The notes under the pieces were generated by a model. It did no database searches and was not told the DNA's origin. It saw only the letters and a list, made by a program, of their open reading frames with translations. A stretch of DNA of 64,000 nt. Origin: Paecilomyces variotii. Its lineage: Eukaryota. The stretch lies in assembly GCA_004022145.1 (NCBI GenBank), contig RCNU01000001.1. One strand, given 5' to 3'. A program made the translations under genes and the position numbers. This document shows positions 12,276-25,140 of this stretch, piece after piece (position 1 is the first letter of the stretch; the number at the start of each line of letters is the position of its first letter).

Positions 12276-13248
12276 TGATCATGCTCTTCACACCCTGTCT
12301 TACCGTTACCTTTCAAATCCTATGGCTCAGTTATACCTCATGACTCCCTTCCTCCTTTTCCTCCATCCTGCATACTCCTGAGCATTCCAGTTGCTTTTTC
12401 CCCCACTCTGCTGCAATTCAGATACCCTTGAAGGAAAAAAAGCGGTGTATTCTACTTTTCCGTTTACATAACTCATCTTGTATTATACTATGCTATATAC
12501 CCTCAGATTTGAACAAAACTTCACTAACAGAAGGGTTCTACGTTTCATGTCCTTTTTTGGGGTTGTCTTTTCTTCTTATACGATGCGATAGTAGACGATT
12601 AGAATATCATACTGTATGATTAGAACGAGTATAGATGGGTAGAGTTCGTTTCAGAGGTATGTTCAGGATGTATTACTAGAAACGAAATAAAATAAAAAAG
12701 AATGCGCAATGATAGACGCACTGTAAGAGAGATGTGTAAGTAACTAAATAACATTGCCCCTCCATTCCAATGTTCTTCATATCTATCTAAGCTATTTGAT
12801 CGTCGTATATGCGCCTGCTTTCATGTACTGCGCCATGATTCATACATACATTATCCGTCAAGGGAAAGAATCTTATATATACACAAGCCGCCCCTCCTCC
12901 ATCCAACCCGCCCACAAAAAAGTATATAAATTCGAAAGATAGATATGTTGTTTCAAAAGGCCATGTTCTGCCCCACGGGCCTTTTTTTTAACGGGCGCCA
13001 TGGTTATAGGCTGAGAATTGAAAATAATCAATCATATGTAGCAGGGAAAGGAAGGGAAAGAAAGGAGGGGAGGGGGGCCGATGTGCATGCATATAAATAA
13101 TGTACACAGAAAGATATATCAGTAAATAGGCAAGCAATGAGGGGGCCAGCCCTCAATAGCTCGAGATTTTCCCGTTGTGATTCCTGTTTTTTTGCCCGGT
13201 TTCCCAGGCTGTACAACAGTAGACGGAAGATGAACAAGCACCATGGGC

Positions 13249-16034
13249 TCATTCCCACTGTTCCCATTCAGGCTCTTCCTCCGGATTAGGGAAGAATGAC
13301 CTGATGAACTCTCCGCTGATGGGATCGTATGGGAAGTGAATGCTCCCTGCTACGGGAGCCTCGGTGGTGTAGAAAGCGCCTGGTACGTTCTGGCCTCCCA
13401 TGAGAGAGGGGTGCAGAGGCTGCCAGTCCAACCCGGTGGGTTGGGGTAGAGGTTCAGAAGCCACGATTGGCCTCTGCTCCATAGAAGCAGTCCAGTCGGC
13501 GTACGTTGGAACGACGGATGGAGGCACCAACCCGCCGATACCAGTGCCGGCAACATTATCAGCTCCAAGCAGTGGTTGCTCCGGCTCATCGACTGGCGAA
13601 GGCGGCATATCCGTTACATCGTAGTCCATTCCGGTTGCAATCCGCCGGAGTGTACCATCGCACAGACGCCAGGCTCGCTTAGAAGCGATGCTATTTCTAG
13701 ACATCGCATGTAGCCAGCGTATTGCCTTCTTGGCGGAATTGAGCGTATCCATCTCCTGTCCAGGGATGTGGACGCATCCAAAGGAGAGTTCCAGCAGCAG
13801 GACTGTGGTAGCCTGCATGAAGCAGTGTAAGATGGACCACCATGGAGAAATCTCATAAAGAGCGATCGGGTCGGGCACGTCTGGCACTAGATCGAGCATT
13901 CGTGCAGCAGCATCAAGAGAGACAATGGATAACCGGTGACTGAATGAGACGCCAGTCTCCTTGTCAGAGAATTGAGCGTCGCGTCGACAAAGACATGGAC
14001 GACCGAGCGTGATCCGAGCGCTATAGTATTGAAGCGCAAGGCCTAACTTCCACCGTACGATTTCAGGAGAGTCATCTCCCTTATGGGTGAAGTCCATGGC
14101 CTCTGGTAGCAATGAAAACCAGAGATCAATGCGAGCCTTCAGGTCTCCAATTCGGTTCTCAATATGAGACCATGGCACCTTGACCGCATCTGCGGTATAA
14201 ACTTTGTTGACGATCTCTTGTGTAATCACAGTAAGATCAACAAGGTACAAGTAGAAAAGCGAGGAACCAGGATTGAGCTTTTGCAGCCACTCAGCATCTC
14301 GCTTCTTCGGTTGTTTCTCAGCTGTTTTCCCTCCTGGGGGGTTCAGCGGCATCAACCGAACAAGGTCGCTGGCAACTGCGCCCCCTATCTTAGCCTCACG
14401 AAGTTGAGGGTTGCTAAGGAATTCCGTTGCAATTTGGTTGCTCAGCTGTTCCTCTTCCCATGGAAGGGGTAATGGAGCCGTTGAGACACCATCTAGAATG
14501 CATGTGACTCGACCGGTCATTATCCCCAGTAGATGTTCAAATGAGTACAAAGACCACCATACGCGATATCTCGCCTCCTTGGAGAGGTTGTGTGTAGTTA
14601 CACTGGTATTTTTCATGTTGATTCCTAGAGCGATAGCGGAGCGCACAGCTAGGGCAGATATTCTCCAAGCCCTGAATATATCATATGTCAGATCCAGCCC
14701 AGGATGTTTGCGTGAAGTTGGTGATTGAAATAAGAAAGGGTGCGAGTATCGTACCTGTTTATTTGATCAGAAGAAAGCAGGTAAAAGGCTATCAAGCCTT
14801 CCACCTGCACTTGTTGCAAATCAGGGTGACTGAAAAGCACGTCCCCATTAAGGCTGAGGATCCTGGCGCGAGTAAAATAAACGAGATGGTCGCGTGAATC
14901 ACCGCGCCAAGAAGCCTGGATGAGATGCGCATGCTTAGCAGCGATGGCAAATATGAGATTCAGAATCGCAAGCCATTTATCACCGGGCCTAGGATTCTGC
15001 TCGTAGAAAGTCCTAAACTGCGCGGTAAAGTGAGGCCGATTGATGATAGGAAAATAGGGGTGCACTGTTCTCAAGTAGTCCTGGAAAAGCTGGTTCGCGA
15101 GCGGCCGTGATGGCATCCAGTATAGATCCACGGGTCCCTCCACAGTGATATCCATGTCATCAAGATGGTAATTCATGGAAGGAAGCGAGAATTCCTCGGT
15201 CTCTGCTGTTCCCGGCTCTTTCTTGGAACGCTGCTCTGCTTCCAAGTGCAACCTCTGCATCCAGCTGATCTCCGAATTCTTTCCAATATAACCCGTCGCT
15301 CTGGCTTCTTCCCCTCGATTGAGATCCTCCTCCACACGGTCAATTGCCTCCAACGAACCTATAGACGATGCGGGAGACAGATCGCCAATTTCTGCCTGCT
15401 CCTGAGCTCTGGCAGATTGCAGACCCGATCCTTCATCTTCGGAATGCTGTATGGTGTTAAATCGAAACATGGCACAAGGAGGAGTGACTCAAACCTTAGC
15501 CAGCGTCCTCTTGATCCTCTCTGCCGCACGACCGTCGACTACGTTTTCCAAGTCCCTCAACAGCTGCTCGAAGTCTTGAGTTTTCGAGGAAAGCTCTTCT
15601 AAATGCCTACAGAGACCAAAATCCCCGTCAGTCAAAAAGAGAAAGCACACACAAAGAAGATTCGACACAGCTTGGTATGATCTCTTTTACCTCTTCGTCT
15701 TCTCTCGCATCCCATCGGGATAATGGCAGGAAACCCTGAGCTCGCGGCATTGTCTGCAGACAGGCGTATCACCGCTACACTTGGTCTTCCGCTGCCTGCA
15801 TGATTCGCACGCCTTCGCGACTCGACGACTATATCGGGCCTCGACTCCAGATCGCTGCCGGGGAATTGGTACCTTCGCATTCGCCGCCACAGCAGCTGGC
15901 GCCGAAGAAGACTTTGCGCCCGACTGTAGACTGCGCGTGCGCGCTGATTTCGGCGCCGCCGCCGCACTCTCACTCAGGGAAGGCTCAAGAGGGGCCCCGC
16001 TGGAGGGGTCGCTGGGAGGTTGAGATGAAGTCAT
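13249..16034 (-). CDS. Zn(II)2Cys6 transcription factor with fungal-specific TF middle domain; 4 exons
   Basis: CESCRQRKTKCSGDTPVCRQCRELRVSC zinc cluster. Introns 15607-15690, 15447-15494 and 14672-14754 keep the frame. Motifs YLRTVHPYFPII and EARYRVWWSLY. Confidence 0.93.
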
Positions 16035-16462
16035 TATCCAGCAGCATCCAGTCCTTTCTGGGGCCAGCTGGATGTGTTTCCTCTCTGCCTCTGTAGATGT
16101 GAGCGGGGTGCGTGTTCGGTGCACACGGGAGAAGAACAAGAGCCCCAAGACCCAGCGCGGAACTCAAGAGAATGCGAAACGAGTGGACTGGCAGCGGGCG
16201 CTTCCTGCAAGAGTCTGGAGGCGAGCGCCGGAGGAGAAAAGAGAGCGACGGCGGTGGGGAGTGCGGACTTCGAAGAATCGCGCCAGAGAGATTTCGCCTT
16301 CGTTGCTTATCGCAATTCTCGAAAATCCAGACCAGCCACGTGACGGTGGGCGGGACATGCCCGTTCGGGTTCCAGCAATTCGTCTGGATTTCCAACATTC
16401 TCGTCCATACTGTTACGGCGTGAGATGATCTATCTACGTGCTAGACGTCAAATCGAAGGAGG

Positions 16463-16500
16463 AAGCAACGGAGTTGTACCACTCGCCAAGCAACGGAGTT
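16463..16500. repeat. 13-bp direct repeat AAGCAACGGAGTT x2
   Basis: Exact copies at 16463-16475 and 16488-16500, upstream of the Zn2Cys6 gene. Confidence 0.8.
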
Positions 16501-16712
16501 CCCATGCAGATCAGATGGCTCTACTGACTAGTCGAAACCTACGAAGACTAGTCTGATGGACCGATTGATATCGTTTCAAGTCAATCGTCTACGAACTTGA
16601 TGAGAGTGGGAGGGAAAGTGTGCTTGACGGTAGAGACTGTGCAGAGATAATTGCTAGAGAGATAATCTCTAAGAGAGCAGGCGTACACAGCAGCAGTTCT
16701 TCTGCCATGGAG

Positions 16713-18518
16713 TCAGAATCCGGCAGCAGTCAGCCCGGCATCACTATTCAAAAGGCTGCTCGGAGCCACGAAGCTGAAACCGCCAAAAGGATCAGTCTCG
16801 ACCGGAGCTTCACCAGGCACGTCCTTCCCGCCAGACGCCCCAACCATGTTCAACATTTTCCCGACATCGTCCTCTTCGAAATCATTGGTGCTCACCATCG
16901 GACTGAGCGTCAGGCCGGTGAAGTCGGTAGAGAAATTCTCTGCCAACGCAGGATCCGTGATGACAGGCTTGATCGGGGGTTCCAGCTCCCGTCGCTCAAG
17001 AGCCTTCCAGTCAATTTTGCGGAAGAAACGGTGTTTCTTGATGGTCTGCAGGTCCTTGGGCATATGGTAGCCAAGCCTCTTGGAAGGCTCCTTACGGAGC
17101 AGACGGGTGAGCAGGTCCTTCGCATCGGGGCCCAGGAAGTACGGCAGGACTAGCTTCTGCTTAATGATCTTCTCCTGCATCTTCGCATTGTTGTTGGCTT
17201 TGAATGGCGGCGAACCAGTCAAGAGGTCGAATCCCAGAGCACCCAGCGACCACCAATCACAAGCCTTGCCATAAGGCTTGCCTTGTATGACTTCGGGCGC
17301 CATGTATTCGATAGTTCCAAGTGAGGAATTGCAACGGTCATCTTCATTGACGGCGACCTTACTCAATCCGAAGTCGGTAAGCAGCAGATGACCTTCGGCG
17401 TCCAAGAGACAGTTCTCGGGCTTCAGGTCACGGTAGACCACTCCGACATTCTGATGGAGATGTTCAAGCGCCAGGACCATCTCAGCCATATAGAAGGCGG
17501 CGGCATCTTCTGAGAACATGCGTTCCATTGCCAAGTGGGTGAACAGCTCACCACCTTGGGCATATTCCAAAATGAGGTAGAGTTTCTCGTGGTCTTGGAA
17601 GGCGTAGTAAAGTTTCACAACGAACGGATGGCGGTTGACGCTCTCCAGGATCATACGTTCGGTCTTTGTCTGCTCAACGAGCTTCCGGTGAACGGTAATT
17701 GAGGCTTTCCGGAACTGCTTTTGCGCGTAGAGCTTTCCCGTGATATTGTGGCGCACGAGCAACACAGTTCCAAAAGAGCCCTTCCCCAGACACATCAATG
17801 GTTCAAAGTCCCTGGTCGTCATCTTTCTGCATAGCTGTTTACGCAGATCCTCCTCGTCCATGGAAGTCTGGGCTTCGTCCGCAGCGGCGTCAGCGCTGAC
17901 AAAGTCCTCCTCCAGAGGCACCTCATAGCTGGTCATCACCTCGGTCCGGTCACTATCCGAGCTTACACTGGCGTTACTCGGGGTCTGCGACCCGAGCTTG
18001 CTTGACACACGGCTGCCAGAAAGGCTCAGAGAATCGAGCTGCAGCTTCAAGGCGCTGATTCCACCACATGCTGAAGCGGGCCGTGTCACCGGGCTATCCG
18101 CATTGCCCGGGAGCGGATTCAGTCGAGGGGACATCACACAGGAACCCGTGTTAGAAAAGTCCGAATCTTCATCACCGGAAGGCGCTGGGGTAAAGCCTCG
18201 AACTGTCGACAAAGCAGGGGCAAGCTGATTTTCCTGGATGGCGCGCGGTTTCTTCTTCTTCTTTCGCGGGGTATTCGCGCTCGCACGATGCGCAGTTGGC
18301 GCTCCGTTTGGATGACGTCCCTTTTCCTCCGGGATAATTGAAGGAACCCTCCTGGGCGCTGGACAGTCGGTGCGCATATTGAATCCAGTTTCCTCAACTT
18401 TTTCAGTATCCATCTGGAGATTAAGATCCGCTTGTGGGGTAAACACATCGCCGACGGAGAGGTCATCATGACCGCTGGTCGATGCCGATTCAGTTTGCGA
18501 AAGAAGATCCGAATACAT
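16713..18518 (-). CDS. psk1: AGC Ser/Thr protein kinase, S6K-like (Psk1/Ypk3 type)
   Basis: GKGSFGTV, YRDLKPEN, DFG, GTIEYMAPE, DWWSLG, AGC C-terminal tail with hydrophobic motif FGGFSF. Start codon tentative. Confidence 0.88.
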   Translation of the reverse strand: MYSDLLSQTESASTSGHDDLSVGDVFTPQADLNLQMDTEKVEETGFNMRTDCPAPRRVPSIIPEEKGRHPNGAPTAHRASANTPRKKKKKPRAIQENQLAPALSTVRGFTPAPSGDEDSDFSNTGSCVMSPRLNPLPGNADSPVTRPASACGGISALKLQLDSLSLSGSRVSSKLGSQTPSNASVSSDSDRTEVMTSYEVPLEEDFVSADAAADEAQTSMDEEDLRKQLCRKMTTRDFEPLMCLGKGSFGTVLLVRHNITGKLYAQKQFRKASITVHRKLVEQTKTERMILESVNRHPFVVKLYYAFQDHEKLYLILEYAQGGELFTHLAMERMFSEDAAAFYMAEMVLALEHLHQNVGVVYRDLKPENCLLDAEGHLLLTDFGLSKVAVNEDDRCNSSLGTIEYMAPEVIQGKPYGKACDWWSLGALGFDLLTGSPPFKANNNAKMQEKIIKQKLVLPYFLGPDAKDLLTRLLRKEPSKRLGYHMPKDLQTIKKHRFFRKIDWKALERRELEPPIKPVITDPALAENFSTDFTGLTLSPMVSTNDFEEDDVGKMLNMVGASGGKDVPGEAPVETDPFGGFSFVAPSSLLNSDAGLTAAGF

Positions 18519-19487
18519 CTTCGAAGACAGGGGTTCACCGCTGCAATTGATACGTTTACCTCAGCTGGAACATAGGTGTATTTACAAGACAGACAGTCTT
18601 TCCGCGTCTGTCTAAATAGAATGGTCTGTTGAAAAAAATATATAGGTTAGCATTCCCCGCTTTGATGTCTTCAACTCCGGAAATCCCATACATCACGTCA
18701 AGAGAATCCCAAGTATGTCCGCTACCAAGCAAGACTTTCGGAGGCCCCCGACAATTTACCGTCCGCCCTTATTCAGGACGGACCAAGCACCCCTAGCCAG
18801 ATCACGTCGCTAACCCTCGATCCGGAGTGTGCGAGGGCAGGGACTTCTGCTCCAAATCCCACGGCAAGAGCAGGAGAGGCGACAGCGGATTCCTTCGATT
18901 CCTTCTTGTTGTTCTCTGGGAAGAAAGGGTTCAGGTTCGCAAAGCAGCCACCGGAAATATACGAGGAAGCGGACAAGGACGAGTTCGACACAGACAAGCC
19001 CATAGAGGAAGAATCGTAATGTATACTAGATGCAATTGCTAGATTCGAAACGGACCGAATAAAGGCCAACGCTATACAAGTCGCTGAGAGAGTTAAGATG
19101 CGCTGTCAGAGAAAGAAAGTTGCTGCGGCCAGTCGCTGAAGCCTTAAAAGGAGGATGACCGATCCACGGGGCAAACCCTGAGCGCTAACCCGGAATCGGC
19201 ACCTATTACGTCACGTGCAGGGCCCATTGGCCTCCGGGGCTCCGGCTCTGGACGGACTGAATTATGATTATTATTATGATTGATCTGTATCTATAGTATA
19301 GTTATTATAGTTATTACAGAGATTGTACAAAGCCACGAGTCTGGGACAGTTAACTGCTTTGAACAAACAGTACGAGTACACCCCGGGATGAGCTGCCATC
19401 TGCCATCGGTGGTCTCAGGAGATGATGATTTGCAGGCGCGACCTAAACATGCACCCCTAGATAGTCTCTTACAGGGATGATAATGAT

Positions 19488-20618
19488 CTACGAGATGAAG
19501 AACGCCCGAGAGCGGGTGATCTCCACGCCGGCCCTCTCGACAAAAGCGAGCGCGCTGGGCTTTTCCACCTTGACCGTGACTCTGTCATTGCCAAACTCCA
19601 CGGTGACAATCCGTGCGATAAATGTCGCGAGAGCCTCGACAGTCTGGTATGATGTACCTTCGACGCGCTGGAAACGAAGCATGATATATTAGTACAGAAG
19701 CAGATGATGAAGCCTGAAGGGGAACCTCACCTCAGCGACCACTCTGGTCAGCTGGGGATATGTCTCGACGACCGTGCTGGCCCACGGGAGGTGTCCGGGG
19801 CCGCTGAATTCGAGAGACACGATGACCGCTTGCTTCTCGAGTCTTTCATGTGAATTGACTCCCAGGATACAGTGACACCGTATTCCGTCGATCCGGAATT
19901 CCTGTTCCCGAACCATCGGTCGCCTTTCACTAGCTGTAGCATCCTCTTGACGTCCCGGGATCTCCTTGTAACCCCATACCATAACGCATCGGTACTTAAG
20001 ACCTTCCTCGGCTCGTAGCAGCGCGTTTGGAAGGTGCAGCCAGACTTCACACTGGCCGAATTCTCCGTCCAAAAGTTCAGCGCCTGCTCCAGCCTGAGCC
20101 ACAGCCTGAGCTCGCGCCTGAGCATCGACTGCTCCACTGCTCATCCTTCTCCCAGCTTCACTTCCACGTCTCTGTCGTGTTGGGCTCTGATGAACATGCG
20201 ACATCCTTCGGACACCTGCCACCGTCTCGTCCAGTAACGTCAAACCGCAGTTTGCAATCTGCCCTGCGATAATCCGCACATCTCCTCCCAGGAGTATCTC
20301 CCCTGTGACTTCCTTCTGACTGAGATCCACCCCCATCATCTCTTTGATGGGGAGTTGAGACCGGCCTCCATCGCGAACTTCACGTTCCACGAAACGGTAC
20401 AGCTTGCCATAGTCGAGGGAGAGTGAGACATCATCAGCGGCCGCAGCAGCGATCGCAGACGAATATGAGAGTTTCATAGATGCCGTGCATGGTTGTGGCT
20501 TCCCTGATCGATGCCACGGATCCGGGCCCATTGGCAGATGCAGTTGGATGTTTTGCAAGTGGATATTATCAATGACCGCCGGCGGCGTCGGGAAACGGAT
20601 ATTCCATTCTTGAGCCAT
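19488..20618 (-). CDS. Stand-alone tandem dihydroneopterin aldolase (FolB-domain) protein
   Basis: GPDPWHRSGKPQP and SLDYGKLY (domain 1); ILGVNSHERLEKQ, SYQTVEALA and VEKPSAL (domain 2). Intron 19668-19730. Confidence 0.88.
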
Positions 20619-21140
20619 TGCGAGAGGTAATGAACTATCAATTGCCTAGTGAAAAGAGGAAGAGGGAGAATAAGCAAATGGGTGCGGAAGGCCTGCGTAT
20701 GCTAGTGTGTATGTGGTTTCGAGCAAACCTGGAGTAAACCCAGAACAGAGAGTAGTTGCTCTAGACCACCATGAGAAATATCAAAAGGAAGACACAGGAG
20801 TAAGCTGTCAAACACCAGTGACGATAAAGGGAGATGGATCGCAGCCGTACTCACTATGCAGCTCTGACGCAAGCGAACCGATACCACGACCCGGAACTGC
20901 CTTTTGAGCTTAGACTAGCGCGTAACTTAGAATGGCGAAAAGTAAATGGTTCAATTCTTCCGGCCAGCAGAGTGTCGTAGCTCTTTACTGTGTCTCGTTC
21001 CAGGGTTCCTCAGTGGTAACGAGAGATGACCGCGGGGAACTGGTGGAGGGGATGTTTTTTCTGCGCTGACGGGATAACGGGGTGGGGTTTTCTGCCACGG
21101 TGGGATGTCGTTAGGCTCGATAGGCTTCCGACGTAGATAG

Positions 21141-21396
21141 AATAACTAATGGTTAATTTAAATATAAGAAAACTATAGCTATAGAAAATTTAACGTTACT
21201 GCCAAAGCTTCTTGGCTTTGTTAAACTTTTTAATTTAGTAGTCAAGTTAATAATACAGGTGCTTTAGTTATAATACAAAGCACTTGCTTTGACTATAAAT
21301 CTCTAGTATAAAATTAAATATAAACCGCTTGCCCTTTGGAAATACTAAAACTTATTATGGATAAAGTGATTTTTTTATAATAATATATTACTAAAC
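21141..21396. other. AT-rich, TpA-rich island, possibly a RIP-degraded repeat relic
   Basis: Abrupt drop in GC relative to the flanks, many TA dinucleotides, no long ORF, short internal inverted repeats. Confidence 0.5.
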
Positions 21397-22007
21397 ATCC
21401 TTGACAAGAGAAAGGAGCCCTATCTCGACTTAAAAGATCGCCCATGTGTTTGGTCCTGTTCGAGACCATCAATGATCAAAGTATTAACCGACAGGCTGTG
21501 ATAAGTGGTATTGTATTGGCTGCCTACGAATAAGGCTAAACGGACCTTAGCACCTTCGAGGAACAACATAACATTCCGCTTGAACTTACCCTAAAAACAC
21601 AAGATATGAGAGCTAGAAAAATCCCTGGCTCACGCGTGGCTGGCTTGAAGGTATCTAAGGAAGCCGGGGCAAGATCTGCGCTAATTTGGTCTGCGATTTG
21701 TATCTAAATATAATGCTTGCTTCGTTGCATGTGATTGATAAAGTAAAGTCAATACCCTGTAGCGACAAGGATCAACTCAAAAGGAGTCATTGGCCGCATG
21801 CCTACGGATCCAACAATCACTACGCAGTCATCCCTGCTTAACTCGGTATACGGATTACACGCTGCTTTCTGACAAGGCAGCATCGGCGAGGCTTGCACGG
21901 TACGGCGTCGACCGTGGTCTCCAAGCCAGGCGGCCTCTTTCAATTTGGATCCCTGGGCCGATCTGGAAAGGACAGGCTCAACTGCTGGAGGGAACAAGTT
22001 CGTCATA

Positions 22008-25000
22008 TCAGGTGATATTCCAATGTGCTAATCTCTCCTGATCAACAATAACAGAAAAGTCGAGCTCCCCTACGATCTCCCCAACTAGCCTGCTCCAGAA
22101 ACTTGTTATCAGCCTATAGTTCGAGACATATTGAAGCCAGGCCGGTTACTTACTGCGTCAGCCGATTTAGATCCCGAGTCATATACCAGTTGACGCTGCG
22201 AATAAGGGCTGCCGCGGCAAATCCTTCTTCAGAGGGTATCTCCCTGCTAAGGAAGTCCCTCAGGTCCGGGATTCCAAACTTCCTAAGCTGCGGCGGCATG
22301 GCATGGCCACCAGCCAATGCAGAATGCAGGATGATCAGCCTGGTAGCGATGCCATCCAGAGCGATATAGCTCTCGACCGTTCCAGTCTGGTCGGCAGTCC
22401 ACCAGAGAGACGGACCAGAAGAGCGATTTAGTGAGCGAGACGCATATCCGGTCAAGGTCATGTAGCCGCCCAGACGCTCTATGATGAGCAGAATCTCACT
22501 ATAAGCTCTTTTGGGAAAGCGTCCACCGAGAGCGAATTCCCAATCTAGGAACTGGAAGTATTTCTTGCCGTTGCTCATCAGTGTCTGGTACTGGCGGAAG
22601 ACACGGCGGCGAGCTTCTTGCAGGTGGAAGGCGGGGCTGATCTTATCAGTGGGATCTCCAGCAGTGCCGTTAATACGGGCAAAGATTATTTGGCGGATGC
22701 ACATGTAGAAGTTGGCGAGCATGTACATGGACTTTGCCACCTCCTGGCGGAGCTCGTAGTGTTCGGACAGTGGATATGGGACAATTGTCCAGAAGTACCC
22801 AATGAGAACGCCGACAGCCACAACAGCAAGTCGGTAGGGAAAGGTGATATATGGCGCGTAAACTGCAAATCCGGATTTCGATACGGCTTCTTGCCCCAGA
22901 CGACGGTCTTGAAGCTCAGTGGCTATCATGACAATTGCGGCTACAAGGGCTACGAACCATATGCTCGAAAAACTTGGGAATCGAACAACTAGCAGAGAGA
23001 AAGTAAGCATGGTTCAGTTCTTTCTCAGTGAAGTGATACGGGAGGGGCCCTGCAGTACTTACAGAGGTAGCCAATAACGGTGAACCAGAGCCAGAGCAAA
23101 ACGAGAATCCCCGGTGTTTTTTGATCGGGGATGTACCAGATAAGATAGCAGACTATCATGGAAAGGATTGTCCCCAGTATGCGGCACAATAGAAGAAAGG
23201 TTGATGATCCAGCAGTGCGGCCCATGGAGAGTAATATGGCAAACATGGCCCAGAGAAATTGGTGTCCAAAGTAAAATGTCTGAGAGTCACGGAGGAAGGA
23301 AAGTATCGCGATAGTCATGATAGCACAGACTCCCCGAAGACCATAGGCAGCATGGTCGGTGCGCAGGATGGAGCTGATTTGGCGAATCCCGTCTCCAACA
23401 GACTGAACCAAGTTAACAGGAGGGAGGTGATCGGGGTCCCTTTGATTATAGAATGCGGAGCCAAGTTTAACATCCTCTTCAACATCGGCATTCTCTTGCC
23501 GGCGCCATCGCGAACGGGCCATTGTTGTGAGCCAGGGGATCAAGCGAACAATACGACTTGCACGAGGAAGGCGAAGTCGCTTGGGTTTCGTATTGCAGTC
23601 CTCGAGGAAAACCAGCAGCGGCAGTAGTTCGTCTCCAAGAGATGAGAGTAGGGTTTGAAACTGTGAGAATTAGTTGCTAACTGAGTTCATAGCAGTCTAG
23701 AGCTTGCACGCCTACATGGAGTAATAGAAAATAGCGCAGAGTATTGGAATACGCTTCAGGCGCGGCGTGGTCCCAATGTTCAACTTGTGGTCTGTTCTGC
23801 ATGTAATTGTGAAGCAGCTCTTCCTCTCTAGTGTCATGGTCCTGCTGATGCGAAACACTACAGCTGGAGAAGATGTCACGATAAGACCTCAGAAAGTTGG
23901 CCGTTCCCGGGCGCATGAGTTCCCCCCGGCGCTCTTCATCAGTCTCTTGCGCACGAATTTTGCCGAACAAAGAACAGCCGATGGTCTGGTCGAGCCTGAG
24001 TTTGCCGTGCTCCGCTCCGTCGATGATTGCCTCAGATATCGAGAGTGAGTGCCGGTGCATTTGTAACTCAAGATCATGCCAATCCTTCTCGTCATCCGAG
24101 GTATCATTTCCCACATCACGACCATTCATCGCATCAGTACCATTGTGCGAACGGCACCCTTCTGCGGCCAGCTGCAGCATGTGGGCTGTGGAGCTTAAAC
24201 CAGATGCAGGTGGAATCAAGTTGACCAACAATGAGGCAATATGCTGCAGATCTGAGCCACTAAGACGATCCCAAGATACTTCTCGCTCTGCATACCTGAC
24301 GCCTTCATGAGCCTTGACAATGATATTTGTGAGCTGTTGCTGGGTCTCCTCAAGCTGACGGATAGCTGAGCTCCTTTCCTCGCTTTCCGCAGAGATCTTG
24401 TTTGACCTGAAATCGTCCATGCATTTTCCTTGAGCCTGCATGACAGCGACCAACGCATCTAGGGCGGCTTTTATGTCTCTTTTGAATACCCCTCTGCAAC
24501 TCGACGGGAATATGACAAGGCCGGTGACAAAGCCGATGGCCTGTCCTGCTAGAAAAGCCTCCAGGATTACGGTGGTCTTAGCAATGGCTTCTGTCATAGT
24601 AGTCACTCGAGCAACAGCAGGCATTGCTGCAACAGCGTAGATGCCAGCCAAGGTGAATTGGAGGTTCCAAGAAGGATAGGTAGACTTTAAGGTGAACACA
24701 CACCAGATGATAACTATCAGGAATATGGCGACCACGGCTTCAGCTGAGGAGTTGTAGGCTGCCAGCTGCCCAGTGCTATCTGTGGTGTGTTTCCTGGCCT
24801 GCAGCGCACACCAGCCGGCAAGCAATGCCCAGCAATATGCCGTGACTGTGGTAAATGCGAGTTGGAGATTGTACTCGATAAGCTTTGCCCGCGGAAGAGA
24901 AGGCAGCGCAGAAGCCGCAATGATCGCAGCCAAGTAAGCATTTGTGGTGAAGTAATTGATATATGCGTCCGCTTCAATAATACAAACGAGCACGGCGGGC

Positions 25001-25140
25001 GCGATTGCAGTTTTGATGGCCATTAACACAGTGTCCCAGTCTAAAGTCAGCTGGGCCAAGACCGACTTGAATTGCAGAAGCCTTGTAGTATCTGCAGTTG
25101 TGCCTTGTCCATTTTGGCTGGTGGACTGTGCTGCCAACAT
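22008..25140 (-). CDS. Integral membrane exporter of the aromatic acid exporter (ArAE_2/FUSC/DUF2421) type; 4 exons
   Basis: Introns 23661-23715, 22989-23062 and 22090-22153 join ORFs 23677-25152, 23025-23543 and 22150-23010. Two hydrophobic blocks, RDPDHLPPVN, WEFALGGRFP and terminal IVGELDFS. First in-frame ATG at 25140. Confidence 0.82.

Noticed and set aside
12955..12990. Hairpin followed by a T-run, resembling an intrinsic terminator
   Set aside because: This is a eukaryotic 3' UTR context, where bacterial terminators do not apply and short stems are common.
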